The notes beneath the pieces were generated by a model. The model ran no database searches. It saw only the letters and a list, made by a program, of their open reading frames with translations, and was not told where the DNA came from. A stretch of 54,314 nucleotides of DNA, counting the filler, from Sluysia triapertura (Eukaryota), in assembly GCA_046118255.1 (NCBI GenBank). It is 4 parts of 4 records of this genome, joined end to end, with 100 filler letters (N's around TTAATTAATTAA, not from the genome) between each part and the next. Parts side by side here need not be neighbours in the genome. Positions count along the whole stretch, not along the records: positions 24,209 to 40,037 come from JBJNIA010217363.1; 3 more parts are not named here. One strand, given 5' to 3'. The position numbers were made by a program, and so were the translations under genes. Positions 24,209 through 34,357 of the stretch are shown piece after piece (position 1 is the first letter of the stretch; each line of letters opens with the position of its first letter).

Positions 24209-27200
24209 ATAATACGTCTCCAATTTTTGGTGTAAAGCGTATATATTAGGCGAACCGACTCTTCAGATAATTTGCTTAAGTGTAAGAAAAACACTAGCAA
24301 TATGATATTTTAGGTGTATTTATACGATAGATTAAATTTATTTTACGATATTGTATAATTTGTTGTTTATATCTGCTTTGTTAATTAATATCCACTTTTT
24401 AGAGGATTTTGTGTTTTATTAAAGTTTACGTTTAATCTGTAATACTTTCGGGTTGCTAATTAATTGTGATTGATTTGCCTACTGGTTACTGAGTTTTGAT
24501 TTGTTTTAATCGTATTTCTGAATGCTTTTTTCTATGTATGAAAACGTTTTTGAGGTTTCTTTGAGTATTAGTGAATATTTACGTATTGTAATTTAAGTGT
24601 AATATTAATATTAACAAATTCAAGATTTCTTTAAAAAGTTTTAGTTTTTTATGATGTTTTTATATTTCAAATTGTTTTTATAAAATTTGCAATGCAGATT
24701 CTTGCATGCGTATAACATTTAATTTATTGTATTTCGTGCAATCCAAATGACGTATATACGCGTTCATGAAAAAACTTTGCAGCGGAAAGAAAGTAAAAAG
24801 TTAAATTTTACTAAAATGGAAATGAAGAAAAATATACTAACAAAAACCAACCACTAAAAAAGTAGTGTACCAATGTTTATTAAATTATGTAAAATATAAT
24901 AACTTCATTGTATATTCTGTTACCTTTTGGAAAATTTTGTTTTTAAAATAATTTTTGTAATTTACCAGGGCTGTTAATGTTTTTGTACTTCGATTTTACT
25001 TTTTTTAATGCTTTGATTTTGTTCTAACAAATATCAAGGTATACTTATATTAATATTTGTATTTATTTTTATTTCAATCATGACTTCTTATTTTACAATT
25101 TTCAACTTTTGAAAATTGTTTTAAATTTTAAATAATATAAATTTCCTATTTAGAATTTGAAAATTTAATCAAATCGCTGAAAAAGTGAAACGAAATACAT
25201 TCTCATTTATTCATTTGAGTTTAAATTTTATTTTTATTTACATTAAAGTTTTATTTAAGACTTATTTGTTTTGATTTTAATTTAAATTTTCGAAGAAAAT
25301 AAATTTCTAGAAAAAATTATTTTTTATTCAAAATATTAATACTCAAATTTTAAAATTGTATTTTAACTACAAAATAATTTATGCGCTTGTTTTATGTTGT
25401 TTTCCAAATCAACTTAACTAGACTACTATCGATTTTATGTTAGTACTGAGTTACAATAATCACATGCATAATTCAATTTCAACTTTTGACATGTTGTAAT
25501 TGTAGTTGTGTGAACTATAAAGGACACGAAAATACTGCTGACTAACAAACAAATACAACTGATTTCAAATTCCTAACTGAAGTTGTGTGTTGTTTGTCAT
25601 AGCTGAATATTCAATCGATAACAATGTGGTGTGTTGATGACAAGAAAACTTAGACAGCTAGTTTTATAAGTGAAAATATTTGAGTGTGTGTAGAAAGAAA
25701 TTTTTTATTTTGTATACATCATAACACATGATATGTTTGTATTTAAAAAATATTTTCTCTACATATAACATTTATGTTTTTCCTGTGATTACTTATTTCA
25801 TGGATAAATTAATTTATATTTAATATTTTGGTTGAAATATTTAAAATGTTAATTATGTAATTGTTAAAATTCAACATTATTATTTGATTCTTTCGTTTAG
25901 AATTCTCCAATATAAAGTTATATTTCATTTAATTTGTGTATCAATTTAATTAAAACATCAAAGGCATGAATTTAAATTACGTTAGTCAAATGATAATTCA
26001 GCGGTGGTAGCACATGCATATAGTTAAAGAGACTAGTTATTCGAACTTTTACTTCATATTATTGTTGGTCGAGCAATATTTAAAAAATATTAAAATTGAT
26101 GTAAAATTTTGAGTAGTAGCACTTAAGTCATAAATGAAAATAAATGTATATTCATATAATTGAAATAATTCAAACTATTCAGGAATTAACTGAAATTGTA
26201 TAACACTATGTTAATACCCATTCAGTTTATAATTATAAGTTAAATTTCCTATATTAATTACTTAAATCTATTTCCGTTTTTTTGCATCATTATAAATAAA
26301 CGTTATTCTAAACTTATCAGAATTTCTAAAAAATGATCATTACTTTATATTAATCAAAATTAAAATAAACTGAAATTAAGCAAATGTTTTATTAAATATC
26401 TTTACCACATTAAAATAAGAATAAAAATTTTAAAACCACAAATTACAAATAATTTCAAACAAGATTTATCTATATGAAAGTATTTTGAATTCCTTATAAT
26501 TTATCATTTATTCACAATGGAATTGAATTAATTTCAATAAGAAAGTTTCATAGTCAAAATATGCGTTTGTAAATATGTTTTTTACAATTTTTTAATGCAT
26601 AACAAATGATTAAATAAAATATTACAAATAATCGATTGTTTTACAAATGTTACAAATTAAAATCAAATTACTCTACATTTATATTTTGTTAAAAACATAT
26701 AAGGTTTGAAATTCATTTAGATAAAATGAAAGAATAAAACCAAAATTCATTTATTTTATCTAAGTTAAGTTTCATGTTAAATGTAGAAATTTGTAATCCA
26801 ACATATATCAGATTTTTAAATGATTTTAACAATGTAGATTTATCATATAATGATCACGAACTTAAAACTTAAACATAAATCTAATTAATGTGTTATTACT
26901 AGTGTTCTATATTACAATGATGAGGATTAATTATATTGCAACAGTTCGAATAAGTTCCTCAAAGTAATAAGTAAAATTCACTTTTTTCCGTGAAGTTAAG
27001 TCTTAAGTTCAATAACATATGATTATGATGATTTTATAATTAAATTTAATTGAATTTTACATAACAGGAATTTCAACTTTTACGAAATGTAAAACTCCAA
27101 ATATACATTATCCTGGTAGAATTATAATAAATATTTAAAGGAATAATATTCAAATGGATTATGTTATTTCTAAGATAAATAAAATGATTACTTAGTATAA

Positions 27201-27297
27201 AACAATATTTCATCAATTTAATAACCCTAGTCTTAAAATTATGTACACTATCGCTTTTGATTTCAAAACGGATCTAGTTTTTAATATCTAGTCAGAA

Positions 27298-28017
27298 TTA
27301 AAAGGCAGATGATGTTTGAATCAAAGCTTGAAATGATGTGTTTCCTTGTTGATTAGGACTGGAAGTTGCAGCAGGAGGTTGTAATTGAACTAAATTTGGT
27401 TGGGGTGATGAAAATGCAACAGAAACCTGATTGTTTGAATCGTGTGTCGTAACTGGTATAACAAATTGAGTAGAATAACATCCATTTGTCGCAGTAGTAA
27501 ACATTTGTTGTTGACTAACTGCTTGAACAACACCATGGTTACTTACATTATTTATCGGACCAGTACTATCCAAAGAGAGACTAGAACTGTGTTCATTATT
27601 GCTAGATGATTGATTTACATCATCTTTATGAGTTGCGCTATTACCACCTGTCATATTTTCTGCTCCACTTCCACCGCCACCAGCATCATTATCGCTTGCG
27701 TTGGCATTATTCGAAGCTTTGTTTCCATTATTATGAAGTTTACGATGATTTGCTAATGAACCGTAATGCTTGTATGTTTTATGACATATTTCACACGTGA
27801 ATGGACGTTCTTGTTTATGTACTGCAGCATGACGATTTAAATAGCTACGCTGTGTAAAGGAATAACCACACACTAGACAACTAAACGGCCGGATTCCAGT
27901 ATGACATCGAGTATGAGCCACAAGTCGAGAATTCAAGGAGAATCTTTTTGGACAATAAAAACACTTAAAGGCAAAGGGGCGACCTCGATTGTCATATAAT
28001 TGTGGTCCATCATTTTC
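27298..28017 (-). CDS. C2H2 zinc-finger transcription factor, terminal exon (3 fingers plus an S/N/Q-rich tail)
   Basis: Acceptor TTTTAG|GAA at 28017 reads in frame as ENDGPQLYDNRGRPFAFKCFYCPKRFSLNSRLVAHTRCHTGIRPFSCLVCGYSFTQRSYLNRHAAVHKQERPFTCEICHKTYKHYGSLANHRKLH. It has TGEKP-like linkers, no disablements and a TAA stop at 27298-27300. Confidence 0.92.
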   Translation of the reverse strand, partial: ENDGPQLYDNRGRPFAFKCFYCPKRFSLNSRLVAHTRCHTGIRPFSCLVCGYSFTQRSYLNRHAAVHKQERPFTCEICHKTYKHYGSLANHRKLHNNGNKASNNANASDNDAGGGGSGAENMTGGNSATHKDDVNQSSSNNEHSSSLSLDSTGPINNVSNHGVVQAVSQQQMFTTATNGCYSTQFVIPVTTHDSNNQVSVAFSSPQPNLVQLQPPAATSSPNQQGNTSFQALIQTSSAF

Positions 28018-29514
28018 CTAAAATATAATTATATAAATAATTGAAACAATGTAAGTTATGTAAAATTTTAAAATGAATTTAATTATTTTTGGATATTATA
28101 ATGTAAATGTAATTAATCCAAATAAATTGGATTATTCGGATATTAGTTACGAAAAGATCTGATAATATTGTAGCACAAAATGAGACATTTTCGAATCATT
28201 TAGTTACAAATTTTCTATGTAAAGAAACAAACACATCTGAAGTATATATATATAATTTTACATAGATTATATGATTGTTAGATCCATATAAACATTTTTA
28301 AACAATAATTTTAAAATAAAAATTTATTTAAATAATACAAAACACAGAGATTATGTTGAAAAGTTAGAATGTATTGAAGTATATGAAAATGTTTAAAAAA
28401 CTAAAGAGAATAACATCATAAACATAAAAATTAATGTTAGGCAAATAATAAAGTTTATTCTTACATTTCCAAAAATAAAGTTTTTTAGTAATACTAGTGA
28501 TTAACATAAAACTTAATAACTAATGACTAAACTTAATTCATTTGGTTAGGATTTATAAGATAAAAGTTTTACAGTAGCAAAAATTGTAACTTTTCAACCT
28601 CTTTGAGAAAAATTTTTGAAAATCTAGTAGTTATAAACATATTGATGTGAAAATCTATATTGGATTTGAAATCAATATTTCAGAACTACTAATAATAGAA
28701 CATAAAAACTAATAACTGAATTGGTAAAATGGTTTAAAATATTTAAATATCAAGGAAAGGTAATAAAACAATCACTATGTTAAATAAATGAATCAAAATT
28801 ATTTATAAATAGTAAAGTCCTAGATTTGAAATTAAAAATAAAAGATTCTACGAATTCTATAATTCAACTATTAAGTTTATATACTTTCTAATAAATTAAA
28901 ATACAATAAATAACAATTAAACTTTTCTTGGAGCTTTATATATTATTGTTATTGATATTAATTTTCAATTATTATCATCTTTTATATTTTATAATTGTTT
29001 TCATAATCACAATCGTGAAAGTCATTCATTATTAGTTTTTTGTTACCTTTTTAATTTTTTAAAAATTTAGTTCAACAAAATGATTGTTAAAACAAATTAG
29101 ATCAAATGTTAATGTTAATAGACTAATAACTAATACATTCATTAACTAATTTGAAAAATTGGTCATTAAAGTATGAAATTTGGCTACAAAAATAGTTAAC
29201 CATGAAGAAGAAACTACTTTATAGGGGCATATTTTTCACTACAAATTTACATTTTATTTTATTTTATTTTATTCATTAGATCAATCAATTTGGTAAACTA
29301 ATCATATAATAACCCAACTGAAAGATTAAAATTATAATATCTTTGTAACTAATGTAAAATGAAACTTTTACGTAACTTACGAGTGGTTCGTTTTATGCAT
29401 ATTTCTCTATTTGTATTAATAAATCTTGAGTTAATAATTTATTTTATTTAGACAAGACTAAAAAAGGAATTCAGTTTAAGTTCTAGATGTAAAAATTTTT
29501 TTAAGAAAAGCACT

Positions 29515-29635
29515 TTCCAAAAGAACTCCAATCTCCAAAAATAATTATTAAATGTAAAGATTATGTACTAATACAATACTGGTATATAAACTTTATACTT
29601 AGTAATTATTTCTGGAAATTGGAGTTCTTTTGGAA
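29515..29635. repeat. 121-nt near-perfect hairpin inside the putative ZF intron
   Basis: TTCCAAAAGAACTCCAATCTCCA pairs with TGGAAATTGGAGTTCTTTTGGAA. The inner arms continue, with several G-T pairs, to a ~9-nt loop. Confidence 0.85.
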
Positions 29636-31322
29636 TTAATATTAGACGAATAACTTCTAATTTTAAAACAGTCAAAAAACCAAAAGATTATAACAAATTC
29701 ATTTATATATTTAAATGATAATTAAATTGTGGATCACAAGAGACAATATATTTATTGTTACCACAAATAAAACAATTGAATGAGTCTTAACGATACATTT
29801 TAAGAAATATGTATATTGAATATTCGTGATAATCGTAAATTAGATCATGTTAGATCACTTGATAAAATTTATTTATTTTTAATGAAACTTTAAAATTAGT
29901 TTGTTTAATCTCATATTTTATTTTCTATGTTAAAAATTCATCTTAAAATTACTAGTAAACTTTTATAAAATTATCAAAATTATTTTTAGTTCATAACGTA
30001 AATTATAGTTATCTATGAAATTGTGAATTTAACTTGTCTTTGGTGTACGAAATGGAAGCGCAAATAAAAAATTTTGAAAATCTTTCAATCAGAATAAAAA
30101 AAACTTAATCAGCTAAGATCATTTTTCTAAAAATGTATAACTGCATGTAATTATCTAAAGATATTTTACTATAGATTAAAAATTTACAAAATATGCTTTA
30201 AATTAATCAAAATTGTATAAAATTTATTTACCCCAAATAAATACTAAGTTATCAAAAGATTTACAATCAATAAATATGTACTGTTATATTAATCAATAGT
30301 AATATTATTTTTCTTTTCCTTGACGTTTCTTTGTGTTATATTAAAATTTCTAATATTTTACCTATATTAAACTCTGGCCAAAAGATTTTCAGTTTATCTT
30401 TATATGTACAATTACACTCTATAGCCCAATTCTACTCTATAATTTTATTGTGTATTTTTGCAGTTATATGGTTAATTTCTATCTTAATTCATTGAAATCC
30501 GTTTTGTTGATTTGTGAATTATATTGCTTCTTTTTCATTTTTATTTTATCAACATTGATTATTTTTGTTACTTCTGTTGGAATTATTATTTATTAGAAAA
30601 AGAATAACGTACCAAGTATTTTTAAATAATTAAAAACTATTCTGTAGTAATTAAATTGTAAGTTTATATTTCAATATTGTGATAAAATTAATTATAAAGA
30701 AATTGTGATTGTGTGCTTTTATAATTATTAAAACACTAAAAATCGTGAAAATAATCTGTAATTGTTCCTGTTGTACAATACATTATTTAAGCATTCACGT
30801 TAAGTTTTGACAATAAAATTGTGGATTTTTCGGTTATCATAGATTCTTCATGTCATGCATCAAAATGTTTTTACTTTGATAAAAATAATTCGAAAATTCA
30901 TAAATAGTGCAATTACAAATAATGAATAAAAACAAATTTTAATAGTATACTTCAGAAAATAAAAGATTTTAAATGATTATTTTTTTAAAATGAAATTTTT
31001 TTAAATTGTTATACAAATCAAAAATAATGTAGTAAATTTAAGTCATTCTGAAACTGATTTTAATCATTAAAATGGTTAGATGTGGTTTGATCAAGTTCAT
31101 TCTAGGAAAACTTTAATATTAAGCAAAGTCAAATTTCAATTAATCCTCAATTATAAAATACTAAATTTTAATATATGGAATTGTTACGTCATTAATTGTT
31201 TTGGTAATTATTATTACTAAATAACAAAATTACTTTGGCTTGTTAAATCTAAGTAATTTCAATAATCACAAATTTAGTCTCTTTTAACAATAATACTAAT
31301 CAACTCATTATTTCTTTAATAG

Positions 31323-31323
<1 letters not shown>

Positions 31324-31390
<67 letters not shown>
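31324..31390. repeat. (TTA)n microsatellite
   Basis: About 22 perfect TTA units. Similar tracts occur at ~19620-19665, ~40213-40265 and ~43153-43340. Confidence 0.95.
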
Positions 31391-31764
31391 CATCAAATTT
31401 ATTTTAACTAAACAGTGAAATTTAAACACTTAATTAAAATCACAAGATATTAATCCCAATATATTCTGTACAACATAAATCTAATAATGAAGAAATTAAA
31501 CATTTCCGATCAATTTTCAAAATTATAAGTTATTACTAAATTAAGTAACAATAGTCAACACAACTAAAAGAAAATTAATTACTTCAAAATGACTTCAAAA
31601 GTTAATAACAACGAAAGAGGAATTTCAGCAAAAATGATTGTTAATTTTCTCAAAAATAAAATAGTTTGTGCGATAAGTTATTCAATAAAAAGATTTTCCC
31701 AAAAATAATGTTTAATTTAGTAAAGTAATTTAATAGAGTAAAAATAAATAAATAAATGAATTAC

Positions 31765-31825
31765 CCTTAGAATGGAAACATCACTGTTCTTGCTCTCATG
31801 TACATTTGCGTTGTCTTTTCTTGTG
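31765..31825 (-). CDS. Candidate upstream exon of the C2H2 gene
   Basis: Bounded by TTTTTTCAG| and AGG|GTAATT. The open frame TRKDNANVHESKNSDVSILR ends in phase 0, compatible with the acceptor at 28017 and implying a 3.7-kb intron. Confidence 0.35.
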
Positions 31826-32473
31826 CTGAAAAAATTTTAAGTACTTCCTTTAAAACAACCACAATCAAACATTCTCACACAAATCATCAGAACATTCTTT
31901 GAGAATTAAACAGACAATAATAACTTTGACAGTGACACAGTACGGCATGTCAAACTTCATCAGATACATAACACAAAAAATGAGTAATGAACAACCACTC
32001 AACCTTTTACTTAAATTACTTCTCACATTAAAATAACAATTATTAGTGTTGTTATTTTATTGTAGAGATCATTTAGATGATCTCTAGGTTCACAAGTTCA
32101 AAGATATAAAGGTTTTCCAAACCCATTTCAAGCCTCCACAAGGTCTTATCAACTTATAAAGGTCTTTGGAACTCCAAGGTATTCTTCAGCTGTTAACATT
32201 ATTATAAATGTTTTCATCTTCATGATTCTTATTCGAACAATGTTTATAACATTAAATCACTTTGTATTAGTTCTTCCTTTATTTATAGTTCTAAATGTTT
32301 CTCATTCATCTAATCCACATTTTGGTAATGCTAATTTATTTCATTCCCGAAGAAAATGTCTGACACTTCAGACCAAAAAAATTACACCATAAAATGTCAA
32401 CTAGCAGAGTGAACTAGCTAAGTGAGAAGAAAATCACACACTACATATTCCCTTTATTTTGACTGCTCACAAT

Positions 32474-32920
32474 TTAAGAGTCTGAATCTAAACTTTCCGA
32501 CATTTTGTCGCATATTATATTTACTAAACGTTCAAATACCACTTTCTCATTGTGATTTTCTTTTGTAGATGTTTCAAAGAATTCTAACCCTAATTAATTG
32601 GCTAATTGGCGACCACATTTTGCGGAAATGACTTTTCGTGTTTCAAATCAACTTTATTTCCTACAAGACCACTTGAACATTATCCCGGGAATACGTTCTT
32701 ACTTGAGTCACCCAATCTTACAAGGCATTAAAAATTCATTAGTTATATCTTTTATTAAAACGAAAACAATAGCATCTCATTAATAGGCTGTCTTTGTGAT
32801 TCTATGACATACTGTGTTCCATATTTGTAATTTCACCTTTTTATCTAATCAAATAATAGTTTGACCTTGACACAAATTCTGATGTAAAACTATCGTCCAT
32901 GTATCGGAAAAAGAAATGAC
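32474..32920 (-). pseudogene. RAB3: Rab3 GTPase pseudogene, intronless and 5'-truncated
   Basis: Translates FFFRYMDDSFTSEFVS / TII*LDKKVKLQIWNT / KDITNE / FNAL*DWVTQVRTYSRDNVQVV / LVGNKVD / [44 protein letters not shown]. Contains the Rab3-diagnostic FRYxDDSFT, DWxTQxxTYSxDN and [10 protein letters not shown]. Several stops and frameshifts. Confidence 0.92.
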
Positions 32921-33084
32921 ACTGGTCACATGTACCTATTACTCCAATTACTTAGTAGGCAGACCAGTATTCCGTATAATTGTAAATTAATAACGAATAG
33001 ATTAAATAATGGATTTCATAAATGATTATTATTCAAAAATTTCCAATGAAAAATTTGTGAATTTTTACACCAGAAAAATAGCAT

Positions 33085-33330
33085 CTATTTTCTAAGGAAA
33101 CCTTTTAAACAAGAAATGTTTATTAAGACTGCATCGTCATTAATCCACCTACTATAAAAATACTGAATATTAGAATGATCGATTAAACTTAAAAAAACTT
33201 TTCCAAGACAAAACAAGAGAGTATTTGAAAAGTGATGTGACAATTTCAACTGTACAAGATGACTATCCATCCTCTTTTTGAGATATTTATCTTTTTAAAA
33301 TTTTAAAACATCTTGTACTCTTTTATTCTG
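33085..33330 (-). pseudogene. Possible PPPDE/DeSI peptidase-like fragment
   Basis: With a local frameshift it reads HLVQLNCHHFSNTLLFCLGK...SRWIND, resembling DeSI YHLxxxNCNHFS...GKxIPRWINR. Weak, by-eye similarity. Confidence 0.25.
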
Positions 33331-33896
33331 AAAGTTCAAATACATTCAAAAAAGTTATTCATACAACTAGTAAAATTAAAGAGTTATTTTCACTGAAAAT
33401 ATCAATATTAAATCACCTAAGTTAATAGAATTCATATTTTTTATTATTGCATTCAATATGAATTTTGATAAGATTTTGTATAGTAGCGACAGAAAATGAA
33501 AATGTTATTGCTACCATGGAAGCAAAAGTCTCCATAGTTATTTAATACTAACAAAAAATATTTTCTATATTGTAGGGAAATCATATCAAAATGTCAATGC
33601 TTCATCACATGAAAACATCTCATACATACATAGAACATAAAACAAACATAATCATTGTATATAATTGTCATGAACTATAGTTATTGTTAATACAAATCCA
33701 ATCGTATTAAAATTTATAATAATTGTCATTATTGTCAAATAATATGATTATCATATAATAACTTTTATAATAACATCACAATACCATTATTTTAAAATAT
33801 ATAATAATTACGTTGTTATCATTATTATTTCTTTTATCTTTATTATCAATCTTTCTTCTTATTCTTTTGTCTGTCTGAACTTGTATTTATTTATGT

Positions 33897-34316
33897 TTGT
33901 GTGATTATGATCAATTTAAATCTATACTTAATCAATTTGATGTTAATGATGATCGAATGGAATTCGAAAATAATGATACACTTAAAACATCAACAAAAGA
34001 TTTTGAGTTAAACTTAATTAATCCCAAAGAATACAAAAATACTAATTCGTGTAAAACTGATAAAAATGAAGACTCAACATACGACACTCAAATTAAAGTT
34101 TTGCATATGAAATTAAAATTAGAAGCGGAAAAAATTATTAAATGGAAAAGTGAAATTGAAAGAGAAATAGCTGAAAAAACAAAAAAGTTAAAAGAATCGG
34201 AACGAATTACTGATAGTCTAAGAAATTCAAATTTAGAATTACAAATGCGTCAAGAGAATATAAGTTTAAACTATCAGGAAGAAATTGATATTAGAATTGA
34301 CATAGAAAAGAAAATA
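33897..34316 (+). CDS. SYCP1: SYCP1 (synaptonemal complex transverse filament) N-terminal conserved coiled-coil fragment
   Basis: LHMKLKLEAEKIIKWKSEIEREIAEKTKKLKESERITDSLRNSNLELQMRQENISLNYQEEI aligns without gaps to the conserved SYCP1 motif KLYKEAEKIKKWKVSTEAELRQKESKLQENRKIIEAQRKAIQELQFGNEKVSLKLEEGI. First ATG is at 33957. No further SYCP1 sequence follows. Confidence 0.85.
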
Positions 34317-34357
34317 GTTATTTCGCAACTTAATTTTTTGAATTAACGATGTTACAG

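Noticed and set aside
24046-24256. Inverted 10-mer GGTTCGCCTA / TAGGCGAACC on either side of a gap
   Set aside because: It spans an artificial linker. At most it shows both contigs ending in the same repeat.
25729-25750. TGATATGTTTG resembling the miR-190 5' end
   Set aside because: The match stops after 11 nt and lies on the 3' arm of a weak AT-rich stem.
27606-27800. His-rich plus-strand ORF; likewise ORFs 1963, 23068, 32598, 48999 and 50719
   Set aside because: They are antisense shadows of the ZF exon, L2 ORF1, the transposase, Rab3, the integrase and the 50697 gene.
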